Shown here: positions 1 through 7,941 of the stretch, one piece after another
Numbering within the stretch: position 1 is the stretch's first letter
How the letters are laid out: every line of letters begins with the position of its first letter
IMG/VR virus record: IMGVR_UViG_3300032312_001858
Location: 1 to 25,053 of that record
DNA from: a virus
Taxonomy: Duplodnaviria > Caudoviricetes
Reading direction: 5' to 3' (one strand)
DNA length: 25,053 nt
Notes under the pieces: model-generated
What the model saw: only the letters and a program-made list of their open reading frames with translations
Database searches by the model: none
Told to the model about the DNA's origin: nothing
Program-made: the position numbers and the translations under genes

Positions 1-1071
1 GCAGAATGGAAATCTCTATATGATTCAAAATCAGGAGAACGAGGTATATACAATGTGGCCGCAGCTCAAGCCCAAGCAGCCAAGTATGGAAGAAGAGATC
101 CAGATATACACTATGGAACTAACCCGTGTTCAGAGATTATTCTACGTCCTTACCAGTTTTGTAATCTTTCAGAAGTCGTACTACGTGAAAATGATACAAA
201 GAAAGATATCGAACGCAAAGTAGAACTAGCAACTATTCTTGGAACTTGGCAGTCTACTCTTACAGACTTTAAGTATCTACGTAAGATTTGGAAAGATAAC
301 ACAGAAGAGGAACGCCTGCTAGGAGTTTCTTTGACTGGACAGTTTGGGCATAAGTTTATGTCAGGCAAACAAGATTTGGTTGCACTAGAGTCATTCTTGA
401 TGACTCTTAGAGAAGCAGCAAGAGCAAAGAATAAAGAAGAGGCTGGGAAAATTGGGATTCCTGAGTCTGCCGCTATTACTTGTGTAAAGCCTTCGGGAAC
501 AGTATCTCAATTGGTCGGGGTATCTTCAGGAATGCATGCTTGGCATTCGCCATATTATATTAGAACTGTTCGTGGTTCAAAGGGAGATCCAATTTCTACT
601 TTTCTTAAAGAGGTGGGGATTCCAGTAGAAGATGATGTAATGAAGCCAAACGATACATACGTATTCTCATTCCCAGTAAAGGCACCAGAGGGTGCAATTG
701 TTAGAAATGATCTTACTGCTATTGAGCACCTAAACATTTGGTTGGTTTACCAACGTGCATGGTGTGAGCATAAGCCATCAATTACAGTTTCTGTAAAGGA
801 AGACGAATGGATGGATGTAGGAGCTTGGGTATACAAGAATTTTGATGAGGTATCTGGAATTTCATTCCTGCCGCATTCAGATCACTCATACAAGCAAGCG
901 CCTTACCAAGAGGTAGATAAAGCAGAGTACGACGCACTTGTTGCAAGAATGCCAAAGGATATTCGTTGGGAAGATTTATCTTTCTACGAAACAGAAGATG
1001 GCACATCTACTAATGCTACCCTTGCCTGCAGTTCAGACGGAAATTGTGAGCTAGTAGACATATCTGCCTAA
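1..1071 (+). CDS. nrdJ: Class II (adenosylcobalamin-dependent) ribonucleotide reductase, C-terminal part, 5'-truncated
   Basis: Frame is open from base 1 (AEWKSLYDSKSGERGIYN...). It carries RNR motifs GTNPCSEI (thiyl Cys), FCNLSEV, TCVKPSGT, WCEHKPSITV and the C-terminal Cys pair ACSSDGNC. Confidence 0.93.
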   Translation, partial: AEWKSLYDSKSGERGIYNVAAAQAQAAKYGRRDPDIHYGTNPCSEIILRPYQFCNLSEVVLRENDTKKDIERKVELATILGTWQSTLTDFKYLRKIWKDNTEEERLLGVSLTGQFGHKFMSGKQDLVALESFLMTLREAARAKNKEEAGKIGIPESAAITCVKPSGTVSQLVGVSSGMHAWHSPYYIRTVRGSKGDPISTFLKEVGIPVEDDVMKPNDTYVFSFPVKAPEGAIVRNDLTAIEHLNIWLVYQRAWCEHKPSITVSVKEDEWMDVGAWVYKNFDEVSGISFLPHSDHSYKQAPYQEVDKAEYDALVARMPKDIRWEDLSFYETEDGTSTNATLACSSDGNCELVDISA

Positions 1072-1073
1072 TA

Positions 1074-1082
1074 TGGTAGAAT
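1074..1082 (+). promoter_or_regulatory. Extended -10 promoter-like element (TGG TAGAAT)
   Basis: TGnTAnnnT immediately after the nrdJ stop; the same motif recurs in most intergenic gaps of the window. Confidence 0.5.
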
Positions 1083-1089
1083 TATAGTA

Positions 1090-1126
1090 TTGGGGATATT
1101 CCCCAAAATTCTGGGCACCCCGCCCA
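1090..1126 (+). other. Tandem stem-loops upstream of the holin-like gene
   Basis: TTGGGGA-tat-TCCCCAA (1090-1106) and TGGGC-acccc-GCCCA (1112-1126), just before the GGAG RBS. Confidence 0.55.
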
Positions 1127-1142
1127 AAATGGAGATGATAAC

Positions 1143-1379
1143 ATGGCTAAATTCAATAAGTTGGATTTAAACAAAGACGGAAAGGTAACAATGACAGAAC
1201 AAATTTTAGCAGCTCTTGGAACATATGCTCGTGCATTTCTTTCAGCAGCAATTGCTCTATATATGACTGGCAATACAAATCCAAGAGACCTTCTTCTAGG
1301 TGGCGTAGCAGCTGTTGCACCAGTAATCCTTAAGGCTCTAAGCCCAAGCAACAAGGAATTCGGATTCGTAGCAAAGTAA
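1143..1379 (+). CDS. Small two-helix membrane protein, probable holin, with an N-terminal EF-hand-like loop
   Basis: 78 aa, two hydrophobic segments (ARAFLSAAIALY; LLLGGVAAVAPVIL), charged C-terminus, GGAG RBS, and DLNKDGKVTMTE. Confidence 0.6.
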   Translation: MAKFNKLDLNKDGKVTMTEQILAALGTYARAFLSAAIALYMTGNTNPRDLLLGGVAAVAPVILKALSPSNKEFGFVAK

Positions 1380-1395
1380 AAATTTAATATCGAAT

Positions 1396-1440
1396 TAGGG
1401 ACTCTCCTGTGCTAAAATAAGTACAGGAGTTTTCCTATTT
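1396..1440 (+). terminator. Stem-loop, possible intrinsic terminator, containing a TGC TAAAAT -10 element
   Basis: CTCCTGTGCT (1404-1413) pairs with AGTACAGGAG (1420-1429) and is followed by a T-rich tract. Confidence 0.55.
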
Positions 1441-1450
1441 TAGGAGAGAT

Positions 1451-1798
1451 ATGTCAGCGCAGAAAAATTTTGAAATTGACCAAAACACTACATTTTCATT
1501 TATTGTCGAGTACAAAGACAATGCTGGACTTCCAATTGCGCTAACCTCAGCATCTGCAAAAATGCAGGTTAGGGATACAAAAGGCGGATCTAAATTAGCA
1601 TTTACATTATCATCACCAACAAGCGGAATTGTTATAGATCAGCCAGCAGGCAAATTGACAGTAACAATGTCTCAAGCACAAACGAATAGTCTTTTTTATC
1701 CAAAGTCTTCTTACGACATAATGGTCACAGATTCAAATGGAAATAGAACAAAGCTTCTTGAAGGATACATAACATTAAGTAGGTCGGTGACAATATGA
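1451..1798 (+). CDS. Phage virion/tail-associated beta-sandwich protein
   Basis: AGGAG RBS; IDQNTTF...AKMQVR...YDIMV...LLEG pattern typical of small phage tail/baseplate adaptor proteins; first gene of the structural run. Confidence 0.6.
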   Translation: MSAQKNFEIDQNTTFSFIVEYKDNAGLPIALTSASAKMQVRDTKGGSKLAFTLSSPTSGIVIDQPAGKLTVTMSQAQTNSLFYPKSSYDIMVTDSNGNRTKLLEGYITLSRSVTI

Positions 1799-2238
1799 GC
1801 AACGAAAGAGTAATAGTAACTGAAATTAAAAACGATGTAGTAATCTCTACATCTGGCCCCCAAGGCCCAAGAGGAAAAACAATCCTGAATGGAACAGGAG
1901 CACCATCGAATTCCATTGGCCTAGAAGGCGATTTTTATTACGATAAAAATACCACTAGATTTTATGGTCCAAAGCTAAACAGCCTTACTTGGGACGGAGC
2001 ATCAAATTATTTACTAAGCACTGGTACGCTTACTTACCCTTGGAATATCAATCAGGTTACGGGACCAGCAAATGGAGTATATTCTCTTCAAATAACTCAC
2101 AACTTAGGGTATAACCCAAATGTAACCATCAAAAATTCCGCAGGCGACATATTAGAAACGGGAATAGACTATAATAGTATTAACCAGATAACACTGACAA
2201 TGGCACAACCATTTTCAGGGACAGCGTACCTGTCCTAA
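1795..2238 (+). CDS. Tail-associated protein with a short collagen-like motif
   Basis: GPQGPRG; GTGAPSNSIGLEGDFYYD; C-terminal ITHNLGYNPNVTI fibre-type domain; ATGA overlap with the upstream gene. Confidence 0.65.
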   Translation: MSNERVIVTEIKNDVVISTSGPQGPRGKTILNGTGAPSNSIGLEGDFYYDKNTTRFYGPKLNSLTWDGASNYLLSTGTLTYPWNINQVTGPANGVYSLQITHNLGYNPNVTIKNSAGDILETGIDYNSINQITLTMAQPFSGTAYLS

Positions 2239-2251
2239 AGGAGAATAAAAA

Positions 2252-3640
2252 ATGGCAAGATTATTTGTAACCAACATTGACCTCAACAAGAATGAGCTTC
2301 TCAATGCACGAATTCAGAATTTAAGTTCAGCACCATCAAACCCAGTAGCTGGTCAGATTTATTATGACTCAACTAATAACACAATGTACTACTACAATGG
2401 GCTTGCTTCTCCAAATGGCCCATGGATGCCAATGTCTGGATCCACAGAGGTCATTCAAGATGTAATTGGTTCAGCAATTGTAGGCGGAGTTGGCTTAACA
2501 TCAACATACAACGATAGCGCTGGCACAACAACAATAGATTTAGATAACACTGCAGTAACCGCTGGTTCGTATGGTTCAACAACAAAGATCCCAACATTTA
2601 CAGTAGATGCACAAGGTCGTTTAACTGCTGCAAGCGAAGCAGACGTAGCAACAAACCTTTCAATAGCAGGAGACACTGGAACAGACACAGTTAACCTATT
2701 AACTGATACATTAACTGTTGCTGGTGGAGAAGGAATTGACGTAGCTGTAACAAATAATACAGTTACAGTATCAGCAGAAGATGCAACTTCAACCAATAAG
2801 GGTGTTGCAAGCTTTGATGCAACAGACTTTACAGTAACATCAGGCGCAGTAACATTAAATGCTGAGCGTGTACAAGATATTGTTGGCGGACAAATTGTTG
2901 CAGGCGAAGGCATCGATGTAACATACGATGATGCAGCAGGAACCCTAACAGTAGATGCAGAAATTGCAACAACTACAAACCGTGGTGTTGCTTCTTTTGC
3001 TACAACAGATTTTACCGTTACAGACGGTGCAGTAAGTGTTAAGAATGTAAACCTTGGAACACAAACAACAGGAGATTATGTTGCTAATATTCAAGGTACA
3101 GCAAATGAAGTAACAGTAAGCCCTACAACAGGAGAAGGCACAACAGTAACAATTGGTCTTCCAGATGATGTAAGCATTACTAACAACTTAACAGTAGGCG
3201 GAAACCTAAATGTAACTGGAACAATTAACTCAGTAAATACTACACAGGTAAACATAGTTGATAATAAAATTAATCTTAATACTGACTTTACAGGAGCACC
3301 TACAGCAGACGCTGGTATCCGTGTAGAGCGTGGCACAGGAGCAGATGTAGAAGTTCTGTGGAATGAAGCGGATGATCGCTGGACACTTACAAATAATGGT
3401 ACAAATTACCACGCAATTGCAAGAAAATATGCAGCAGACCTTGCAAATCCAGACACAGCAACATTCTTAGTAGTTACACATAATTTAGGAACAGATGATG
3501 TAACCGTTAATGTTTTTGAAACATCAGGATCAAAAGCCCTGGTTGAAACAGACGTAGAGCGCACATCAGCAAATACAATTACATTAAGATTTGCAACAGC
3601 GCCTGCAAGTGGAGCATACAGAGTAGTAATTACTGGTTAA
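2252..3640 (+). CDS. Tail fibre-like structural protein
   Basis: Thr/Gly/Val-rich; repeated AT-x-TNKGVASF-x2-TDFTV and QD...G...TYDD units; C-terminal VTHNLGTDDV domain; AAGGAG RBS. Confidence 0.75.
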   Translation: MARLFVTNIDLNKNELLNARIQNLSSAPSNPVAGQIYYDSTNNTMYYYNGLASPNGPWMPMSGSTEVIQDVIGSAIVGGVGLTSTYNDSAGTTTIDLDNTAVTAGSYGSTTKIPTFTVDAQGRLTAASEADVATNLSIAGDTGTDTVNLLTDTLTVAGGEGIDVAVTNNTVTVSAEDATSTNKGVASFDATDFTVTSGAVTLNAERVQDIVGGQIVAGEGIDVTYDDAAGTLTVDAEIATTTNRGVASFATTDFTVTDGAVSVKNVNLGTQTTGDYVANIQGTANEVTVSPTTGEGTTVTIGLPDDVSITNNLTVGGNLNVTGTINSVNTTQVNIVDNKINLNTDFTGAPTADAGIRVERGTGADVEVLWNEADDRWTLTNNGTNYHAIARKYAADLANPDTATFLVVTHNLGTDDVTVNVFETSGSKALVETDVERTSANTITLRFATAPASGAYRVVITG

Positions 3641-3651
3641 GGGAGCTTTAA

Positions 3652-3957
3652 ATGTCAGTACAAAGATTAGTTCCCTTACACGCAGTAGCACTTTCTTCCG
3701 ATCCAGCTAATTCTAGAATTGGCGATTTGTATTACAACACAATTGAAAATGCACTAAAGTTTTATGACGGAACCAGCTGGAATTTAATTGGTGGCGGAGC
3801 AATAACTGGTCTTTTAGATCATATCCATACTTATGATGGAGAAGTGTATTCAGTTTCAGGAAATCAAATATCTTCTGATCAAACAATTGACGGAGGAAAT
3901 CCAGACTCACTATTTAGTAATTTGTCAGGTAATATTGTAGATGGAGGAACACCTTAA
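3652..3957 (+). CDS. Small tail-associated protein
   Basis: P...GDLYYNT...LKFYDGTSW fibre motif and C-terminal IDGG/VDGG motifs. Confidence 0.6.
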   Translation: MSVQRLVPLHAVALSSDPANSRIGDLYYNTIENALKFYDGTSWNLIGGGAITGLLDHIHTYDGEVYSVSGNQISSDQTIDGGNPDSLFSNLSGNIVDGGTP

Positions 3958-5375
3958 TGGCTGCTAAAATAAGAATAAGAAGAGGAACTTCAGCACAATG
4001 GGCTGCCTCTTCAAGAATTTTAGATCCAGGCGAACTTGGACTAGATTTAACAGTAAATAAATTAAAAGCAGGCGACGGTATTAACTTGTGGTCAGCGCTT
4101 CCATTTATAAATATTTTACCTAGTGAGCTATCAGAGCTTGCTCAAGATGCGGTAGAAGCAGCACTCACAGCTGGAACAGGAATAACCAAAACTTATAACG
4201 ACACTGCAAATACAATCACACTGGCAGTAGATAGCACAATTGCAAATAAGACTTATGTTGATACTGCGGTATCAGGATTAAGCAGCACATCCGCAACAAC
4301 TTATATACCACTTAGCCTTCTTGGAAATGCCGACGGTGTCGCAGAACTTGATCAAAATGGTTTTGTTCCAGATGCTCAAATCCCAGCAGGAATAACAAGA
4401 GACACAGAATTATCTTCAGCAATTTCTACAGAAATAACAGATAGAAATGCAGCAATTGCTACAGCTAAATCAGAAGCAATTGCAGATGCTACATCACAAG
4501 TAAGTGCTTTGATTACAGGTGCCCCAGCAGCACTAAACACACTAGATGAGCTTGCAGCAGCACTTGGTGATGATGCAAATTATGCAGCAACAATCACAAC
4601 AGCATTAGGAACAAAAGCACCTATTGCCTCACCAACCTTTACAGGAACAGTATCTGGTATAGATAAGACAATGGTTGGGCTAGGAAATGTTAATAATACT
4701 ACAGACGCAAATAAACCAGTATCAACCGCAACTCAAACAGAATTAAATTTAAAATTAAATCTATCAGATCCTTCAGTAGACTATTATATTACTAACTCTG
4801 GAGTTGGAGCGTACCTTGTAAACGGTGTATCTAACGGACTTATCTCATTTGAAAAAGGTAAAAAGTATCGGATTCATGTTAATGCTACAGGACACCCATT
4901 TTGGATACAAACAGTGCCTGGAGGATACTCTTTAGGTAATGTTTATTCTAATGGAATAACAAATGGCGGAACACAGTCAGGTTATATTATAGTAGAGCTT
5001 CCTCAATCTGCACCAGATAATCTTTATTATGCCTGTGAGTATCATTCATCAATGGCTGGTTCAATTTCAATACAATCTGCAGATGCAGTAACAATAAATT
5101 CTAAGTCCGCTAGCTATACTATCTCACCAATTGATTCTGGAAGACTTATTGAAATGTCTGCAGGGGGAACCGTAACAATATCAGACTCTAATTTGTTCCC
5201 CGTCGGATATTCTGTAGACATATTGCAAACAGGAACATCTCAAGTAACTATTTCTGGCTCTGGATTTACTCCAAATGCTACTCCAGGATTGAAATTACGT
5301 ACTCAGTGGAGCAGCGCAACACTTATTAAAAGAGCACTTAATTCTTGGGTGGTACTAGGCGATTTGGCAGTTTAG
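3957..5375 (+). CDS. Tail fibre protein with an Mtd-N-like N-terminus and an internal cupredoxin-like motif
   Basis: IRIRRGTSAQW...LDPGELGLD...KLKAGDG...W..LPF; APAALNTLDELAAALGDD; GHPF...LYYACEYHSSMAG; C-terminal LRTQWSSATLIKRALNSWVVLGDL. Confidence 0.75.
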   Translation: MAAKIRIRRGTSAQWAASSRILDPGELGLDLTVNKLKAGDGINLWSALPFINILPSELSELAQDAVEAALTAGTGITKTYNDTANTITLAVDSTIANKTYVDTAVSGLSSTSATTYIPLSLLGNADGVAELDQNGFVPDAQIPAGITRDTELSSAISTEITDRNAAIATAKSEAIADATSQVSALITGAPAALNTLDELAAALGDDANYAATITTALGTKAPIASPTFTGTVSGIDKTMVGLGNVNNTTDANKPVSTATQTELNLKLNLSDPSVDYYITNSGVGAYLVNGVSNGLISFEKGKKYRIHVNATGHPFWIQTVPGGYSLGNVYSNGITNGGTQSGYIIVELPQSAPDNLYYACEYHSSMAGSISIQSADAVTINSKSASYTISPIDSGRLIEMSAGGTVTISDSNLFPVGYSVDILQTGTSQVTISGSGFTPNATPGLKLRTQWSSATLIKRALNSWVVLGDLAV

Positions 5376-5378
5376 TAA

Positions 5379-5972
5379 ATGAAAAAAGAAAATATTAGAG
5401 TAATATCTGATTTTTTACCAGAAGAGGATTATCTTTATTTAAGAAATTTTGTAGAAAATACAGATAAATGGGAAAAATCTGACAGTAAGCTCTGGGACAA
5501 AAGATCGGTTAATTTACACAGTATTTTTTCAGATAAAAAAACATTAGAATTTATGTTGAAGCTGCACGATTTAACAAAAAAAGAAATTGTAGAGAATTTA
5601 AATCCAGAAAAAAATATACGTCCTGAATTGATGCAATTTCAAAGAACTTTTGAGACGGCTCAGGATCAGCCACCTCATTCAGATTCAACAGGAAATAACG
5701 GAGAAGAAAATGGAACATCAAGTAGAAAATTTTCTTCTTTACTTTATTTAAATGATCAGTTTTCTGGAGGCAACCTGTGGTTTCCTAACCAAGAGATAGA
5801 GGTTATTCCTAAGCCAAACACCCTTGTAGTATTTCCTGCCACATTTGATTATTTACACGGGGTAAAACAAGTTACAAGCGGAATTAGATATAGTATACTT
5901 GAATTCTGGACATACGAAGAGCAAAGAACTCACGTGGAAACTATTTTAGGAACGGTGGTTAAAAATGGCTAA
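5379..5972 (+). CDS. 2OG-Fe(II) dioxygenase (prolyl-hydroxylase-like)
   Basis: HSD...LLYLNDQFSGGNLWF...LVVFP...HGVKQVTSGIRY gives the HxD...H triad plus the 2OG-binding Arg. Confidence 0.9.
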   Translation: MKKENIRVISDFLPEEDYLYLRNFVENTDKWEKSDSKLWDKRSVNLHSIFSDKKTLEFMLKLHDLTKKEIVENLNPEKNIRPELMQFQRTFETAQDQPPHSDSTGNNGEENGTSSRKFSSLLYLNDQFSGGNLWFPNQEIEVIPKPNTLVVFPATFDYLHGVKQVTSGIRYSILEFWTYEEQRTHVETILGTVVKNG

Positions 5973-6582
5973 AGAAGACATTACCGTAGTCTATGACTTT
6001 ATATCAGAAGAAGAGTGTGAAACTCTTTTAGAGTATGAAAAATATTTAACTGAAAATGATTTATGGGATAGAAGCGATATTAAAGCCGACCCGAATCAGC
6101 ATTGGTCAAAAAGATTTCTTGGAGCAGCAAACCTTGTTGTAAAAGAAAAAGGATTTGGAACCCCAAAAGATCTTGAAATAATGAATTTGTGTATAAACAT
6201 TAGAAAAAGAATTACAGCTCAAATAACATCTTCTTGGAACCTAAAAGAAAAAATTTATGCAGACTCTCTTAATTTAATAAGATGGCCCCTAGGAGAAGAG
6301 CAGCCGTTTCATTCAGACTATGAAAACTTTGGAAGAGAGCCCCATGTGTGGAACTGGAGAGATATTGGTGTTGTTTTATATTTAAATGATGATTTTGTCG
6401 GAGGACAGATTTATTTTCCACAACACGACCATGCCATAACAATTAAAAAAAGAATGCTTGCATTTTTCCCAGGAGACAAGCATCATGTGCACGGGGTAAA
6501 AAAAATAGAAGAAGGATGTAGATATACGGTAAACCTTTTCTACACGTATTTTGAAAACCATAGGGACGGACTACCACAATGA
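5965..6582 (+). CDS. 2OG-Fe(II) dioxygenase (prolyl-hydroxylase-like)
   Basis: HSD...VLYLNDDFVGGQIYF...AFFPG...HGVKKIEEGCRY. Confidence 0.9.
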   Translation: MAKEDITVVYDFISEEECETLLEYEKYLTENDLWDRSDIKADPNQHWSKRFLGAANLVVKEKGFGTPKDLEIMNLCINIRKRITAQITSSWNLKEKIYADSLNLIRWPLGEEQPFHSDYENFGREPHVWNWRDIGVVLYLNDDFVGGQIYFPQHDHAITIKKRMLAFFPGDKHHVHGVKKIEEGCRYTVNLFYTYFENHRDGLPQ

Positions 6583-6977
6583 ACGATCCAACATTAGTTA
6601 GATGGCAAAAAGAAAATATTTTTCCATTTCCACAGACGCATTTGTTGGTAGAAACAATTAAAACTGCAGCTGGAAAATATCAAACAGCAATTTTTGAATG
6701 TGACGAAATTGGAAGACTAAGACACGCAGGAATTCAATACTCACAGTATTATATAGAAGAAAGTGATGCTTTATTAAGTCATAAAAATATAATTTCTGAA
6801 CTTAAAAAAATTCAAGAGGATACAAGTCTATTATCTATTGCAGATGTTTATTTAAAAATTGACGCCCTAAAAATAATTCCTCCACATAATGGACCAAAGT
6901 TTGTTTCTTTTGTCCCAGTTCGTGGCGGAAATGCGGCTATAGGTTTTAGAGAGCCAGTCCATCGTGACTCAGTTTAG
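6579..6977 (+). CDS. Hypothetical protein
   Basis: 132-aa ORF with ATGA overlap upstream and overlap with the next gene; no motif recognised. Confidence 0.6.
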   Translation: MNDPTLVRWQKENIFPFPQTHLLVETIKTAAGKYQTAIFECDEIGRLRHAGIQYSQYYIEESDALLSHKNIISELKKIQEDTSLLSIADVYLKIDALKIIPPHNGPKFVSFVPVRGGNAAIGFREPVHRDSV

Positions 6978-7506
6978 AAGAAGATTAGGTAAGATAAAAA
7001 GTTCTAAATCAGGAAACAGAAAAGTTAATGTTCCAAATTTATCAGGACTTTCTAGATCAGCTGCACAAAATTTATTAACAAGTCTAGGATTATCTTATTC
7101 TGAATCATCTACAACTACATCAATTATAGGTGAAGATAATACTGTTTCATCTCAAGGGGCTTCCGCTTCTTCAGTTGTAAATATTGGTTCAACTATTAGT
7201 TTTGTATACAAGTCGTATGTTGCTCCATACAGCAATCCGCCACCATATTACAACCCATATGACAATCCACCACCTTACGATAATACGTATTACAATCCGT
7301 ACAACAATCCACCACCTTACGATAATACATACAGCAACCCACCAGCGCCAACATCAGACTGCATAGATGATGATGCAGGATTCTGTAGTGGATGTGCTTT
7401 TTACCAGTATCAGTATAGCCCTAGTGGACAATTTTCATGTTCGCCAAGACTTTTATGCGCTAATGCATGTTGGTATTACTGCGGAACGGCCTATTCAGGC
7501 TGTTAG
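6964..7506 (+). CDS. PASTA-domain protein with Tyr/Asn/Pro repeats and an 8-Cys C-terminal peptide
   Basis: GTG start (in-frame TAG at 6940 excludes a longer ORF); basic N-terminus; VNVPNLSGLSRSAAQNLL..LGL...VSSQ...GSTISFVY is PASTA-like; YSNPPPYYNPYDNPPP repeats; Cys-rich tail. Confidence 0.8.
   Translation: MTQFRRRLGKIKSSKSGNRKVNVPNLSGLSRSAAQNLLTSLGLSYSESSTTTSIIGEDNTVSSQGASASSVVNIGSTISFVYKSYVAPYSNPPPYYNPYDNPPPYDNTYYNPYNNPPPYDNTYSNPPAPTSDCIDDDAGFCSGCAFYQYQYSPSGQFSCSPRLLCANACWYYCGTAYSGC
7262..7328 (+). repeat. 42-bp-period coding repeat (NPPPYDNTYYNPY)
   Basis: ACAATCCACCACCTTACGATAATAC occurs at 7262 and 7304. Confidence 0.85.
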
Positions 7507-7511
7507 TAATA

Positions 7512-7523
7512 TGATATACTTTT
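7512..7523 (+). promoter_or_regulatory. Extended -10 promoter (TGA TATACT TTT)
   Basis: Matches copies at 13220 and 23819; followed by an AAGGAG RBS. Confidence 0.65.
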
Positions 7524-7539
7524 ATAAAGGAGATAAATT

Positions 7540-7929
7540 ATGGTTACTCAAGTAAGAATATCAGTCGGAGAAGACTACGTGGGTGATTTTTATATTAAAG
7601 AAAATTCAAGAGAGTATTGGCAAAAATATGCAAAAGCTGCCAAAGAAAACCCCACTTTAGTTTTAATTGACAAGGATAGTCAGACTATTCCTGTAGAGGG
7701 CATGATTTATCAAAATGGAAGCTTTACAAGCTCTGAACTTAATGAAAGCTTTATGGCAAATAACATAACAGAAGACTTTCAAAGGTTTGCTCTTATTGTA
7801 GATAACGTTTACGCTGCAAGCCATGACGTCTCTATATCTACAATGCCTGCAGTTATTGCCGCTTATCAAAGCAACCCTACTTTTATTGTAAATACAGTAG
7901 AAACTACCCCTGAAGGATTTATTAAGTAG
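7540..7929 (+). CDS. Hypothetical protein with an internal two-fold repeat
   Basis: Strong RBS; the two halves end AKAAKENPTLVL and IAAYQSNPTFIV. Confidence 0.75.
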   Translation: MVTQVRISVGEDYVGDFYIKENSREYWQKYAKAAKENPTLVLIDKDSQTIPVEGMIYQNGSFTSSELNESFMANNITEDFQRFALIVDNVYAASHDVSISTMPAVIAAYQSNPTFIVNTVETTPEGFIK

Positions 7930-7941
7930 TAGGAATATAAC

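Noticed and set aside
55-1071. RNR start at position 55
   Set aside because: The frame is open from base 1 with RNR-like sequence, so the gene starts upstream of the window.
3957-4110. Diversity-generating retroelement suggested by the Mtd-N-like domain
   Set aside because: No reverse transcriptase and no template/variable repeat pair differing at adenines was seen; the PASTA paralogues differ at all base types.
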